In this document: positions 1-28,348 of the stretch, piece by piece
Position numbering within the stretch: position 1 is the first letter of the stretch
Layout: the number at the start of each line of letters is the position of its first letter
DNA from: Raillietiella orientalis
Taxonomy: Eukaryota
Assembly (NCBI GenBank): GCA_036172245.1
Contig: JAYWIR010000027.1
Location: 2,666,001-2,730,000, forward strand
Direction: 5' to 3'
DNA: 64,000 nt
The notes under the pieces: generated by a model
Database searches by the model: none
What the model was told of the DNA's origin: nothing
What the model saw: the letters and a program-made list of their open reading frames with translations, nothing else
Translations under genes and position numbers: made by a program

Positions 1-1220
1 TTCTAGTGGGACGCCGGCAGTTTTGGCGTTCCTCCAACTCCCGTGCCGTCCACTCACCGAGAAGTTTCCTTGCCTCTGAAACATCGCAGCAGAGTGCCTC
101 CCAGCTTCCCGGATTGGGAGCGTATCCTTCTCTTCTCTTGAGAGGGGGCCAGCACCGGGGCAAGCGATGCCAGCAGGGTCTTCCGTGTGTTTCCCACGGC
201 CTCCTGCAGCGACCAACGAGCGTAGACGCCGCGTTGCAGATGGAAGAACTTCGCTTCTCTCGAGCCGTGGGTCCTCCCCCTCGCACCAGCGGACTCCTGC
301 AGCCAAGTGGTGCTGTTCGCGGACCAAACAGAGCCTCCAGGCGTTCTCTCTCACCAAGGCAATCGTCTGTCAGAGTTGATGCCCGTACCGGGCCACGCCC
401 TTCGGTGTCTGACAGACGAGGACCGAAGTCCGTCGCTTCCGTCCGCTCGCTTGCTCGGCGAGGAGACGCTCCAAGGCACCGTCCGCAACTTCGCCGCGAG
501 AGCGAATCTTCTTCGGAATGGACGCTCCGTGAGCCCGTCCGGAGTCTGAAGGCCCTGCCCACTGTCTTCACAGGCGGAACGCATAGGTCTTTCAAGCGGC
601 TTCCCTGTGTCCCGGAGGGCTCTTCGGAAAGGGTTCTCAGTCCCTCTTTCGATGGTGACGAGGGGACGGAGGGGGAAAGAGAGGAGGGGCAAACAAGAAA
701 CAGGGGGCGGAGGAGAGGAGTCACTACCGCGTTGCCAACCGCAGCCCGTTCCGGCAAGTGAAGCTTGCCCTTCGAGTGCCATCTCCAGTTTCTGGAGACG
801 GCAGGACCCGGCTTCTGCAGGACGGAAGTCCCTCAACGGAACGTCAAGGTACTTCAATTACCTGCCCGTGGGGGTCGTTCTTCCACTCTAGTCAGCTCCA
901 CCAACACTCGCCGCTCGACTGAGGAGCCCGGTGGCGTTCTTGTCGCCGTGCTCGGCAGCAGTGTGGGCGGCTCCCCGATCAGGAACGCCTGGTTCCTCGT
1001 TGCCCTCGGCAATGGGAAGCCCTGCAGCCAGCAGGCGCGCTCTTCTAGGCGCGGCGCGACGGAGGCGAGCCGCATTCTCGCTCCGACACTCCGAGCGTCC
1101 GCCCTCTCGCCAGGAATGAACCCTTCTGCTGTCGCCGCCTCCACGTTTGCACAAGTGGAACGTCGTGGTGAAGACGCGCTGACCACGGTGGCGCCGCCTG
1201 TGGGTGCGCGCGCGCGCATG
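1..1220 (-). mobile_element. Degenerate non-LTR retrotransposon fragment (end of RT and downstream), truncated by the window edge
   Basis: KYLDVPL at 857-837 (RT thumb motif KYLG.PL), with a QGFPL-like motif ~170 nt upstream. Multiple frameshifts. Confidence 0.35.
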
Positions 1221-1939
1221 AGGTGAACACGCTTTCGCTACTTCGGCTGTGTGTAGGCGCTCCGGAGCGCCAGCCGTCGGAGGTTTTCCGCTGTCCTTTC
1301 CCCCCGGGGGGAGGAGCTTGGCGCGATGCCGAAGAACTGCCGCCCGAGGGGGCGGAAGCAGTGCTCAGGTCGTGACTCACCAGGGGGCTGCGTCCGGGGA
1401 TCGCGGCCAAACGTCCTGGGCGGCAGTTGGCGAGGGCCTGCGGGCAGTCCGTGGTGCGCGCCATACTAGAGGGGTGTAGAGGAGTCCTGTCCCCCCCGCT
1501 ACCGCATCTGTCCTCCCCGCGCTGGTGCCTAATCGCTCCCTGGGTCACGAGAGTCCCGAAGCGGTCCCCGTGGAGGTTCCTGCTAGGGGGCACTCGAAAC
1601 GCGCACTGCTCTCCACCGCGCTGCGCGATCGACTGTGAACTCAGGGATTCGGCCGCGCTCCCAGACGGGAGGCACGCGGGCGATCCCCATCCCTTTGCTG
1701 GCGGTGAAACGGGGCAACTCGCCGCAGAGGAATGAGGAACCCCGGAGACAGATGGCACGACCTCTGCAGCAGGACCTTTCCATCCTGGACACCCCGTGTC
1801 CTCGCTATCCACTTCCGACGTATCCCTTTGCGCGCGCGATGGTCGCGAAGCGAAAGGAGAAAGCAGAGAGGACCGATCTCGGAAAACCGTGGAGTCGACC
1901 CGTCGCTAGGCAATGGTAGCGAGCGGTCCGCTCCGCATC

Positions 1940-3100
1940 GCGCGTTCCCCTCTGAGTGGATGGCCTAACCTGGCGTTCCAGAAGAAGAGATCCCTTCCTC
2001 CTTTTCCTTCCCACATGCTGTAGAGCAAAGGGGGAGGAGGGAAAGGACGCGGAGGAAGAACAGCCAAGCGTCTCTCATACGCTCGCTGTCTCCGTGCGCT
2101 GCTGCCCCTCAGGTCGAGAGCCCAGAGCTGCCAGGGCCTCCGTCCACCCTCGCGCCGGGAGACACGACTAGAGCTGGAGGAGGAGGAGGGAGGAGAATAA
2201 AGGAGGAGAAGAGAAAAAAGGAGATGAGGAGGGAGGGGGAGAAAGGTGGGCACAATGATGATGACGACACCTTGCGAGCTGCCACGCAGCAACTGCCCGA
2301 GAGGGGTCTCAGAGACCTGGGGGCAGGACGAGGGGGCTCTGATGCCACCTTCTTCCTTTCCCAGGCATGCAGAGACCCGCAGAAGAAGACCATCGCTGGG
2401 CTTCGACCTGCGTCGGTCAGTGGAGAGGAGGGAGGGAGGGGCCATTGGGGCAGTGGACGTGTTGGCGCTTTAGCGGATGGTGATGGAAGGGTCGCCTGCC
2501 ACCCTATGGATCCGAAGGACAGGAGGGGAGTCCCTTCCGGGCGGGACGGAACGACGCCCGCCTACCGCGAAGGCATTCCCTCCACAGATGGTGGGAAGGG
2601 GAGGAAGGATGGACTCCCCTCCACACCGTTTGCATTCCCTCGGAGGAAAGGAACGGACTGGTACTGGTGGGGTCAGTGGCAATCCCCTAAGAGGGAGAGA
2701 AGGAGCGTGCAGCCAAGCGTACTGGGAGCGGGTTCGCCTTATCAAGAGCGGCTCTTTCGGATGGACCGCGCCCTCCTCCAGGGTGCCTGCGACCTGTGGG
2801 GCGATCCCGCCCGAGGATGTGGAATTGCTGTGCTGCGGCAACGCCGAAGGGGAGCAGCACGGGCTCCTTCCCTTACGCCTGGGAGGCGATCGACCTGCTC
2901 CCGCCAAAACTGACGGCGTTGCTCAACCCGGAGGTTCGTCGTTCTCCCGCTAGATGGTACACAGAGCCGCGGCTCAAGCGACGCTCTCCGCCTCCTCGCT
3001 TTCGAGTGGCTGGCTCGCCAGAAGCGCTCAAAGAGCGCTTCTTCCCTAAAGAACCGGCAGCCCGCGATTCCGAGAGCAAGCATTTCCCCGGAAGTCGGAA
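1940..3100 (+). mobile_element. Degenerate L1/Tx1-like ORF2 fragment (internally deleted)
   Basis: VDGLT (SPG.DGL-like) near 1955; ATLWIRRTGGESLP (L..P...GGL.LP-like) near 2500; AWEAIDLLPPKL (zf-RVT W..I..LPPK-like) near 2880. Confidence 0.35.
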
Positions 3101-5229
3101 GCGGAAATAGGGGCGGGGAAAAGGGGAAGGGGTGTTCCGATCGCTAGCGGGGACGCCCGCTATACGAGGCATACGCGGTCTGGGGAGCAGCCTCTGGGGG
3201 TGACGGGAGGCTACCCCCGGGCACGAGGCGTGTGGCAAGAGGAAGAGGAGGGAGACCCTCGTCGGCTCTGTGGCACTACCTGGACGGCTGCGGTGGTAAC
3301 TGCAGGAGCGGCCCCCCGGCGTGCCCGGACGGGCTCTCGACGGCTTCTTGCTGTCGCACTTCCGTAAGGGAAGGTGACCTAATCTGACCACCCCCTCTTC
3401 CCCCAGGAGGCGATGGAGTCCACTGCCGTTCGGGATGCCGAGCTGGGGTGCAGGTCCCACGGTGCTCCTCCCCTGCCAACTCAGAGGCCCTCAAGGAGGG
3501 GCCGACCCGTGCCATAGGAAGGGGAGGGGGGGGAGCGGAGAGCTGTCCTCTGCGGGAGCAGAGCGAACCACTCCGCGATAAGGAGCTGCCGCGGCGCGCG
3601 ACCATATCCGGCGCACCGCCCGAGGGGATGCGGTCTCCGTTGGGCGCCTCCAGGGAAGCTCTTGAGAGACTCAGCGCTGCGGGAGACCCCTGCTGGGTCC
3701 TAGTCACCTCTCGGAGTAGGGTAAGGGATCAGAGCGATCCCGAAGAGGAAGAGAGGGGACACAGCAGTCGTCCAGTGGCGATCTGGGCTGCGCAGAAGAA
3801 AATCACCAGCCCTTCTCCGCCCGAAGGCCTCCTCGAAGGGAGGGGAGCGTGGCGGCGGAGAATGGGGCTGTCCCTTGCTGAGTCTAACCCCGCCCCCTGG
3901 CAGCCCGAGATTGCGGGACCTCCCCTCCACCCTTCCTGCCGAGCGATCCTTCGGTTGCCCGGGTGAAGTCGGAGGCGAAAGTAGAGGAAGTAGGGAAGGA
4001 GTGGCCGTCGTTTCGGGGTTGCCACGTGACGGCTACCTCCCGAGGTAGGGGCAAGGAACACGGAGGAAGGACTCTCCGAACGCCCGCAAGCTCTGCTCTC
4101 CCGAGCCGCAGTTTCCTACCTCGGGAGGGTGATGCGGCCCCCTCCCTTCACTGGAAGGGAAGGGAGGGAGGGCGAGAGGAATTTTGGGCTCGAGCGTTCT
4201 CGAGGCTCTGCACACTCCATTACGGCCATTTTCGCAATGAAAATGGTCCATTTGCGGAAGCTGCTCCGAGCTCTCCAACCGCCTGTGCATGCCTCCCGAG
4301 AAAGCGAAAGAGTAGAGAAGGGAGGAGAAGGGGAGCGTCGCGGCCCAGAGGGGGACAATCGCTCCCTCGCTCTCCGGGAACGCAATCCGTCTCCATCAGT
4401 GACAGATGATTTGCTCCTGCCTCTGCCTTATTTGTTCTTGCATTAACGCACGGGAGAGGGCGCGCGTTAACTTCATCTCGCATCACGTGACTCCTCCTCC
4501 CCGCTTCCGATTCCCATTAGGTGGCGTCGGATCCCGTTCCCATGGCGAGGGCAAAAATCTGTTTGCTCTGCCGCCGCGATGCTGGCCGATCCGTCTCTCC
4601 CTTCCTCCTCTTCCCTTCCTTCTCCTCTCTTGCTCTTCCTCCTTTTTTCCTCCTCCTGCTTTCCTCTTCCTTCCTTCGACCTCCTTCCTGCTTCTCTTTT
4701 CCTCGTCTTCCCTTGCTCCCCCCTCCTCCCAACTGACTCCCTTCCTCTTCCTCTCCCTTTGTCACCCTTTTCCCTTTCTCTTCCAGAAGGACCCCCGTGG
4801 AAGGGCGTTTTCTGGCTTCTTCCTTGGCCGGGTGTGGTTGACCGGACGTCCCTCCCGCTGGGAGTCGGTCTGACCGCAAGCGCAAGGAGTGGTCGAAGGG
4901 GAGATGGCGCCCACCGCCGTCCTTGGTTCTCTTTGGTCGAATGTCCGTTACGTCCCGCGTGAGGAGGGACGCCCGACGTCCCGCGGTCCGCATGCGCCTC
5001 ATGTGGCCCCTGGCCTGCCGAGCTTCCCGGCCACATCGCCAGACCTGCGCCTACGGGAGGAGTTCGGAGGAGACTACAGGACAGTCGATCCCGGGTCTTC
5101 GCCTCCCGGACACCTTCCCGACCTTCCTTACAGTTTCGTCCTGCACACGCGGAGTCCCCATTTTCCTGCCCTACTCCCGTGCTCTTCGCTCGAATCCAGC
5201 CCGCACGCTTCCGCAGCACGGGATGGCTG

Positions 5230-5700
5230 AGCAATGGACGTCGCTTCGCAATGCTCTGCAGCCTGCGCAGGTACCGCCGTGGTGCCGTCAGTCGGAGGAG
5301 GTGCGACCTCCGGGTGGCCCGCCGGTCTGCTGCCGGGTGATGGCAACTTCATCTCCCGGGGAGGATGGCCGTTGCAGCAATTCCAAGGTCCCCCTTCCCC
5401 CTTGCAACCCTCCTGGACACCAGATGCGATGGCGAGGAGGTGGAGGAGGTCCTTGTACGCTCCGGAGGGGCACGGGGCGGAAGAAGACTGCCGGTGACTT
5501 TGAGTGTCCTTCCTTTCTCGATGCTCCAGGGGCTCGCTGATTGGCTCGGAGCGCCGTTCTCCAGGAAAATCAATCATCGTCGGAAAAAGGAATTCGTTCC
5601 ATGCTGATTGCTTTCTTTCATTTCCCACCACCGGGGACTGTTCCTACGCCGATGAGGGTCGCCCTCCCTACGGGAGTGTTGCAGCATGGTTCTTGGGTTG
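5230..5700 (+). mobile_element. Degenerate AP-endonuclease (APE) domain of a LINE
   Basis: In order across shifting frames: MDVAS.C, VCC, G.AVAAI, SLYAP (VYAP motif, ~5452) and GDFE (GDFN motif, ~5493). Confidence 0.45.
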
Positions 5701-6649
5701 CCCCTCCTTCCCCCCACCGCACGCTCGACTCCTTGCATGTCCTTCTGGTTGACGCAGTGACACCAGCATTCACACCTCTTCTCTTCCTCCTCCTGCTTTT
5801 CTTCCCCTTCCTTCCAGAAGTGTCACACCGTGGTTCTTGGGTTGGTTCCCACCGCAAGCCTGACCTCTGCGTGCTCTTCTGACGTACGTGGGTGACACCA
5901 GCATTCTCGCGCCCTACTCACCGCTGCGAGCGTCGGCGTTTCCGGTTGCGTGTCCCTCCCTCTCTTGCTGGAACCTGTGACTGTAGCGCTATAGTCCCAC
6001 CCCTTTTCCGGACGAGTAGGAGATCCGTTCACGGGGCCCTGGGAACGGGGAGAAACGCGCTGCGCTCTCTGGCCGTGGGTCGCCAAGTCGGGTGCGAAGG
6101 GGTGGGAGGACGACGCCACCGCCCCTGCCTGGCAGAGTGGTTTCACTGCTGTTGCTGCTGCTGCTCCTCCTCCCTGTGCCACCTCGTGCCCGGCTGCCAT
6201 CGGGTCGCGGACAGGCGGCTCCATACCTCCGGGGCGCCGATGCAGCGGATGCTCCACACGCCCCCGCGGGAACGTCAGAGTTCTGGCGCAGACGGCCAGA
6301 AGAGCGACAGCGAGCGAGCGAGCGGAGGAAGCCGGTCGCCCATGTAATTCTCAGCTAACGGAAAGGAGGTCGGGCGCAATCATCCTTCGGCCTTCGAGCG
6401 AGCCCATCCCTCCGTTCGCTTCCCTGGCAACGTGCTTTCGTCGATTCTCCCGCTGACGCGTTGGCGCGAGTCGGCGGAGAGGAGCCGCCCGCGCCCCAGG
6501 GAAAGGAATAGGGTCCAGGGAGAGGTCCCGATGCCCCATCCTCTCCTCCCGCGCCGGCAGTGCGGACACGCACCAGCATTTGGGGTAGAGAAGGGGCAAG
6601 CGGGCGTCTTCTCCCGCCGGCAAGGCCGGAGCGTCTGAAGGGCCGGGAA

Positions 6650-7720
6650 GTGTGACTGAGAGTGGGCGTCTCGGAGATCCCCCAAATAATCGTCTCCTAA
6701 GCGGGCGAGAGTTCCCACTTTATTCTCTCACCCGCTGCAGGGAGCACCCTTTCAGCCTATGGGAAGCGGCGGCTGGAAGACGGCCAGGTGGACTAGCGCC
6801 GAGACCCAGGAGCCCGGGGATCCACCTCCGCTGGGAACAAAACGAGGGCCAGGGAATGCGTAGAGAAGGGAGCGAACCTGCCTCGGCGTGGTTCCGGAGA
6901 GGCATCCCTGGCAGGGCAGTGATATCGGGTCAGCCTCCCAGTCCTCGAATCCCGGGCCCCGGGGTGCGGGCTGCGGCGGCGGAGCGACTGCGAAGGGGCG
7001 ACCGACGAGCTCGCGGGAACCCCAGGAACCTGCAGAGATCCAAGGATGCGCCTCCGCAGCCTCCAGCCGGGGGCCCCTGCCGTCCCATGGGGAATGTGCC
7101 CCAAAAGGGCGCGCCGAACCGGATGGGGTCGATCCAGCCCCGAGGCGCGCCAGCGATCGCTCCCTTTCCTTCAAGGAGAGGGGAGGGACGGGGTAGGGCT
7201 CCCTACGTTCCTCCCCGCCGCCGCGGACTCCCAGAGGGAGCGGCGGCGGGGTCGACGAGCAGACCCCGTTTGCAGGGAGGCGACCGCATCCCGGACCGAG
7301 CCCGTCAGGGAGGACTGCCGCCTCGCCCTCCGGCGCCCCTGGAAGCGTTTCCCGACGCTCCTCCGGATCGCCCGGAACGATCCCAGAGCTCGTCGTCGTG
7401 CGTAGCAACCGTTCGCTGCGTGTGGGGAAGGGTGGCGACTTGGAATGCAGCGAGGAAGAGGTCGGCCTAACAGGGGTGCCATCCAACGGACGAGAAACTC
7501 CTTCTGAGGATCGTCGAGAGATAGCCCCCACTTGGGAAACGAGAAGTACCAACTAGCTAGCATCCTCCAGAGGATGAACGAGAGTCGCGGGACGGGCAGT
7601 CGTCCCTACCCACCCCACCCCACCAAACATTTTTTGAAACTTTTTTTATTTTCGTTTTGCTCTTCCCCACTCCACCCTCGTGTCCCCGCACCGGACCCAA
7701 AGAAGCCAGTGGAACAGAAC
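6650..7720 (+). mobile_element. Degenerate 3' end of LINE family A (CCHC remnant, C-terminus, T-rich tail)
   Basis: ADPVC...EDCRLALRRPWKRFPTLLRIARNDPR and LASILQRM align with the copies at 18.2, 21.5 and 23.1 kb. They are followed by the same T-tract then C-tract tail. Confidence 0.55.
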
Positions 7721-7789
7721 TCCTGCTCTTGTTATGACCAAGAGTGGTCCTGCCAAAATGATCTGCTCCTTTGTTTTAAAAATAAATGC

Positions 7790-8720
7790 CCCTGTCTGCC
7801 CGGGTGAAAAACCAGCCGGCATGCCTGGCGGTAGGAGGCGGTGGAGTCTCGGGTCAGTGTGCAAGAAGGGCGTCCCTTGCCAACCCTCCTCGGCAAACCT
7901 TCAGGGGAGACTCCGCAGGAGTGTCCTGGGTGCAGCGGTCCCGGGCAGCTTTCGCGCCCCTTGACGCAGCACAATGCGTGCCCTGAGGCAGCCAACTGAC
8001 GGGGTGGGAGTTGCTCCGCACCACTGCAGGAGTCAGGAAACTCGCTGGTGGCCGGAAGACTAGCGGTCAGTGGCTTGAGCGACCTCCTTGGAGGGCTCCA
8101 CGAGGAAATCCCTGGGCCCCACTCTTGCGCGTGGACGCTTCGGTGTTTCCGTCGCGGTGGGAACCACTGGACGTTCCCTTGTTTCCGCACTGGGGATTCC
8201 GGTGTGGCCAGCGCAGGCGGCTCGTCTGCGGTGAGTGACGTCTTCCAGGAAGTGGAGTCCGCGGGGTCCTCGAGGAACTCCGGAGGGGGGTGTCCTTGGC
8301 CTCTGCACTCCGGAGGACACCGCAGTGGACTTCCTCCTCCTACTCTCCAGTGCTGCATCTGACACTGGTCAGTAAGAAACGCCACGGTGCGGCATTTCTT
8401 CTCGCGCGGCGGACCCATGGCAGATGTCGTGATGGCAATGAGGCGCTGTTTCCTCGCCATCGTCGCAACCCGCTGTGCTCTGGAGTCTAGGATGCCACCT
8501 GCATGGCAGCCGCCTCGACGAGGACGGCTGCTATGGGTTCACCTTCAGGAAGAAGTCACCAAGGAGATCGACACCATGCAGCATCAGCTCTCGGACAAAG
8601 ACCCCACCCCTTATCTTAACCACTACCACCCCCTTTTTTTCAGTTATCCATTGTCCCCTTTCTCCCGCTCCTGGCTCCCTTAGGAGCCGTTCCGCGAGCC
8701 GGTGGACGCTTCCTGCGAAC
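7790..8720 (+). mobile_element. Degenerate 3' end of LINE family B
   Basis: VRHFFSRGGPMADVVMAMRRCFLAIVATRCALESR aligns with ILHRFFQHTGLPGSAIIAILTYTHGMVRARYILERQ of the element at 47.3-47.6 kb. Confidence 0.45.
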
Positions 8721-8889
8721 GTCTTTTGCTGATGATGTCGATTTCCGGGTACTGGTTCCGGGACTGGCTCCGTTTCCAGTGTATCTATTTTTAGACGAAC
8801 GTCCCGGCGTCGCCACATTAAAGCGCACGCACAGCCACCGGCCCGCCTCGGAAAGGCGGGCGGGCAGCAGCTCCGCCCACCGTCCTCGC

Positions 8890-10940
8890 AAAAGTGTGCG
8901 GCGAGACGGCTCCCCGGGTACTCCCGGGTTGCTGTGGGTTCCCCGTTCCTTCGCAGGACGGCGCCGGTCGTCTCAGTCTATTCGGACCGGTACGACACTC
9001 GGACGGGCAGGGGAAGTCCCCCCTGCCCGCCTTCGTGGCAACCTGTGCCTTAGCAGCAGGAGCGGAAGGGCAGCAAGCAAGCTCCGCTTGGGCTTGCCAA
9101 GCCACTCCGAGCCGCTCGGAGCAGCGGGAGCTGCTGAAGACTCGGCGAAGAAACGTGGTTTCCCTGCTGGCGTGGCGAAGCGGTTTCGATCCGGTGGAGA
9201 TTTTCGAAAGCGCTCGATAAAACCAGAGACTGGAGATCCCCCGCCACGCAGCATCCGCGTAGCCTCTCCCAGAAACCGGGGCGCTCTCCATTTCTTCTCC
9301 CTCCCCATAGCGTGCGGAAATGCACCTCATAAAGCGAAGGCAGTTGCGGTCCCCGTCCTCCCCACTTCACAGAGCTCTGGAAATTTCCGGTCGGACGGAG
9401 TGCCCCTTGCTTGCCTGCTCCCATGACGTGGAGTCGCCCGGCAACCAAAATCTGCGAGCTAGTGGGAGCATTGGGAGCAAAGAACGTGAGGAAAAGTGAA
9501 GGGAGAGAAAAGGGGGAGGGGAAAGGGGGACGGCGCGCCGCTGTCGACTCTTACCGATGGCAGCTGCTATCTGGGACTCCCCGTGTTGCCAGGAGCGTTG
9601 ACAGAGCACACCTTGAGAGCCGGCATCCTCCTCCTCGCCAGGAGCGAAGTCAGGAGTGGTTCCTTGTTGGGGAGGCATGGATCGGACAGCTGGACTGAGT
9701 CCGTTCGGGAACTGACCGAAAACGGGCAAGTGTTTCAAGTACCTGGGTATCCCCTTGGGGGACTTTTTCTGGAAGGTGCCGGATCAGGCTGTCTCCAAAA
9801 GACAGAGCATCCGCTCTGCCCCTGCCTTGCTGCCGAGTTCTCCTTGATAGGAAAGAATTTCGTAGCCCCTCCCCCGAACCCTGTTTTCTGTTTGCCCCAC
9901 CCCAGTACAGAAAGCGGGCCGACGGCCGCCGAGAAAAGCACTTCGGAGCGCAGCTTGAAGACTTGGCGGCTCCGCGTCGGGACAGAAGGCTTGACCTCCC
10001 GACACTGGGTCGGATGCGGCGAGACGATCCTGTTTAAGGGACTGGTCTGGATGGCCAGGAACTGGACCAGCTGGACGGACTGGCAACCCTGCTTTCGAGT
10101 GCATCCGCTCACGGCCTCGCGCTTCGGCAAAGCGCCGCCCCAGGGAGTGGGTCCGCCCGTGGACCTCCTGCCGCCCCACGGGCAGCATGCCTGGAGGCAG
10201 GAGGAAGCGAGTTCGCAGACCCGAGATGGTGGCGGCCGCCGCAACCGATGCGACCGGCTGACTGCGATTCCGCAGGGGTGCCGCAAGAAGAGTGAGGGGA
10301 CAGCGAACTGCGACCGTTGGCTTGCCCGACAGTCACCTCTTCCACCGAGACAACACGCCCACCGGCGAGATAGGCAGATTCCTGCGAAATCCGGGTCGCG
10401 GGAAACCCCTTGGCGGCCGCACTGCGGATCGCAACAGCATAAGGGACACCTTCCTGCCGGGCCCAGCTCTTCAACATACCGCCTGAGATGCCCCCAGAAA
10501 AGGAGGACGCCTCGCTCCGTCCCCCCGAGAGACCTTGCGAGAACGTCCCTTTCCGTTCCGGTGGTGGACAGCCCCGCTATCGCTTCCGAGATCCCCCTTA
10601 CGCGGGGGAAGGGAGGCTGCCGCTGCAGCGCGGCCTCGTTGCTGCGGGAAGCGTAGCGGAAGGAGGGCTGGTCGTCCTCTTGGCAACCAGCCTGCCGCGG
10701 ATCTCGACGAGACGGTCGCGACGGGGACAGGAAGGCGCGTGCCGCCATCCCGCAAAAAACCCGACGGCACGGGCAGCCTCTCCCCTCGCACCCAACCACA
10801 AGGACAGTCCTTGTTGCCCGTTTTCTTCCTCTATGCCTCCCCTCCCCCTCTCCGTCCCGTCCACAAACCTCCTTAGAGGCCCTAAAAAATTGCCCCACCC
10901 GCTGGGATGTCCTACTCCTATACTGTCATTTGCGTAGCAT
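8890..10940 (+). mobile_element. Degenerate L1/Tx1-like reverse transcriptase plus downstream ORF2
   Basis: Ordered RT motifs: GSPGTPGL (~8908); DFRK[A]LDK with a 1-nt deletion (9199-9221); G.FRSDGVPLACLL (~9380-9420); an intact FKYLGIPL (9734-9757); then FSLIGK (LS..GR-like). No intact YADD. Confidence 0.7.
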
Positions 10941-11009
10941 CTATTTTTAAAATTGACCCTCCAACACGACCGGGAGTAAATCCTCCCCAGGACGCAACTT
11001 CGCTTCCTC

Positions 11010-12740
11010 AACAGCTGCGTGTCTCATCAAACGTCGTTAGGGGATGGTCAACACCTTCCTTCAACGTTGACGAACCAACAGGTCGGTCGAAGTTCTCCGC
11101 CAAAGAAGCCGCCGCCTTCCTCTGGAGGACGGCAGGAGTTTCTTCGTCGTCGTCCCTGCTGCCGACTTTCTGGAAAGTTTCACGGTCCTTCGGCGGAGTT
11201 CCCCGCCTTCATCCCACCAGAAAGACTGAAGCCGGGAGCATCTCTTTTCAGCGATGCCCTGCGGCCGCTTTGCGCTGTCGAGCGTTGGTCAGCCGGGCAT
11301 CGGTCGCGGGAGCCGCCGTGTTGCCATCCTCTGGGTTTTTTCTCTCGTTCTCTCTCTCTCTCCTGCTGGGGAGGAACCTCCTCTCCAGCGGGAGATATTT
11401 GCGCCCCTCTCTCAAGATCCCAGGGGCCCTCCCCCAGCTGGAAGGAATGACGGTCTGTGTGTTCCGCTCGCCTCACGGAGGCCAAGAGAAACGCGTCCGA
11501 TGGAACGAGAAGGGTGGAGAGCCTTCAGGTCTAGAGGCTGATCAGACTGACCAGGGGGATTCTCTGGCAATCGAGGCGTTTGGACATGCCCCCGTCTTCT
11601 CAGCACCCCATGGCTCTGACCTCCAAGGAGGGTGGAAGTCACGAGAAACTACTGTCTCCTCCTCAGGAGGAGGGAGACCCTTTGCGCCTCAACGCCTCTC
11701 TAGGCGCGACTCCGGCTTCGTGCTCGGCGGGTCTGAGGAAACGATGCGGTTATCATGCAGAGAGGGCTCTCCCTCTCTTGTGTATGACAACCATTTCGGT
11801 CACGCGTCTTCCGCCGCCGAGCGCAGGAGGCGACCGCTAGACGGTTGGCGCCGCAGGCCTTCTCGAAAGGGGAGCGTGGTCTGGCGGAGGGGAGAAGGGT
11901 GGGAAGGAGATGACTCCTTGAGGAGAGGACGAAACGGGTCTGGGCATGAAGCAACCCCAAGAGGGGAGAAGATGCTCGACCGCGGCCTCACGGAAATCGG
12001 AGACTTCCTTCTTCCCTGCCGGCGACCTTCCCAAGAGACACCTGAGACGACGACGGTATCCATCCGTCCGGCACTCTTTCCTCCTCTTCCCCGGTGTCTC
12101 ACGTTCGCAGCTCGCAGAGGGTAAGGAACGCAGGAGGGGGGAAGAATCGTCTGGAAGGCCAAATGAGCAGGCGGGGCGTGTGCAAGGAAACGCCAGGAAG
12201 GAGAGAGAAAACCAGTTCTCCTGGCGGATAGTTTCAAAAGCTCGATGGGAGGAGGGAAGGAGGGGATACGCATCCTACAAGTGCGCTCCCGGCACCAATG
12301 GACTCGGAGATGGCGGCGGTGGTGAAGGAGGTGAATCTTCGCATCACTGCCGCTGCCACCACCAATCCCGCGGGTACGTCCAACGTTTGCCGTTCCTCCG
12401 GGACACGACGATCCGCGAACTTGGACACCGGGTCTCGTGACGACGCCTGGAACACAGGCACGGCACGTCCTGGAGACTTATCCCACCCCCCTTCGGGAAA
12501 CGTCCAGTCAGGAGATGCGATTTCATATTTCCCTGCACGTCTGAGACGCCGAAGCACGTTCGGAAAGACGGTTCCCTGGGCACTGGGCAACGACTCTCAC
12601 TGCGTCCCGGTGTGCTGCGGAGATGGAACCACCTTGAGGGCGGGGCCGCGGAAGCATCAACTCATCCTCTCTCTCGCAGGAAGCGCTCGAGCTCTAAAAC
12701 CGTCGCCTCCGATTCACCCTTCCCCACCTCCGCCTGCGGC
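11010..12740 (+). mobile_element. Degenerate LINE ORF2 N-terminal half (APE plus start of RT)
   Basis: LRVSSNVVRG; GRGSRRVAIL (SRGVAIL motif, ~11302-11331); VCVFRSP...EKRVRW; GDS; later KEV..RI...NPAGTSNV, WRLI and FPARL (RT N-terminal motifs). Confidence 0.55.
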
Positions 12741-13722
12741 AACAACTTACATCTTAGCTAGCTGCGCCACGAGTCCAAGTGCTGCAACCTGCCAAGAGAA
12801 GCCTGCCAAGGGACGGACGGCGGGGACGTCCCCTGGTCCCCCGGGAACGAGGTCGCCTCCGCCATCCCTGCGCGGAGGAAACAGACTGGGATGGCTCCCT
12901 GCCCTACCGCGGGAGGCACCCGAGAATGGGAGGAAGGTCGTGGAGGGAGGAGGAGGAAGGGGGAGGGGAACCATGACGGACTTGCAGCGTGCGGGTCGTT
13001 GAGGTGACCACGCGAGGTGCAGAACGGGTTGGAAGCCGCGTCATATCCGGCCAGGAGTGCCAAACCGTTCTGCACGGTAGGGGAGGGTGGTCGAACTCTT
13101 GGGAGGGAGAGCGCGGTGGCATATCCCCCTCCCCACAGAGCGGGCCGCGAGCCGTCCCCGGTCCTCCCGGAGAACCCCATCAGGAAGGCCGCGCACAAAG
13201 GCGCCTCGGCCCGGCCCCCTTCCCTCCCTCCGACGCGCGCAGCTCCTTCCTTCCTGGAAACGTCGACTTCGGTGGCGACGCCTTCCGACCCCCAGCACCC
13301 CGATGGGAAAGGGGGGCGGATCGAACCCCCTGCCCGGACGCCGCAGGGTTCCCCTTCTTCAGCAGGTCACCGAGGACCCAGGAGGAGGGCACGTCCCTGC
13401 GGGCGAAGACAAGAAAAGACCCTGAGGGCCGCTGGAATTTTTTTTCTTTCTTTCTCTCCTTCCTCCGCCGTCCATCCGTCCATCCCTGCCGGCGCGGCCC
13501 GCCGGGGTCGGCGGTATTTGGCCCGCTGCTTCTTCGGCGGCGGCAAACGCCTCCACCCCAGTCGTCCCGCGCGACCGAAGCCGCGCAGCTTCTCCTCGGG
13601 AAGGAAGAGGGTACCGGGAGTAGGAGGCGAGGTCCGTCCAGGACGCGTGCCCTCCACCAGCTCGCCGTATTCTGGGGGAGGGGAAGGGGGAGAAGGGAGG
13701 GGAGCGGAAGTGGGACCTTCCG

Positions 13723-28348
<14,626 letters not shown>

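Noticed and set aside
2796..3110. Polinton/Maverick DNA polymerase B (FPY...LPPK)
   Set aside because: No other PolB motifs; the context fits a LINE zf-RVT remnant better.
3700..4400. Additional APE remnant (SRPVAIW, REEFW)
   Set aside because: Motif spacing is far longer than in APE domains; too weak to call.
9496..12124. Long ORFs of 386, 387 and 405 aa (also 13017-14189, 19105-20133, 20651-21502)
   Set aside because: Arg/Pro/Gly-rich translations expected from stop-poor GC-rich DNA. Recognisable motifs hop between frames (decayed LINE) or lie antisense to real exons.
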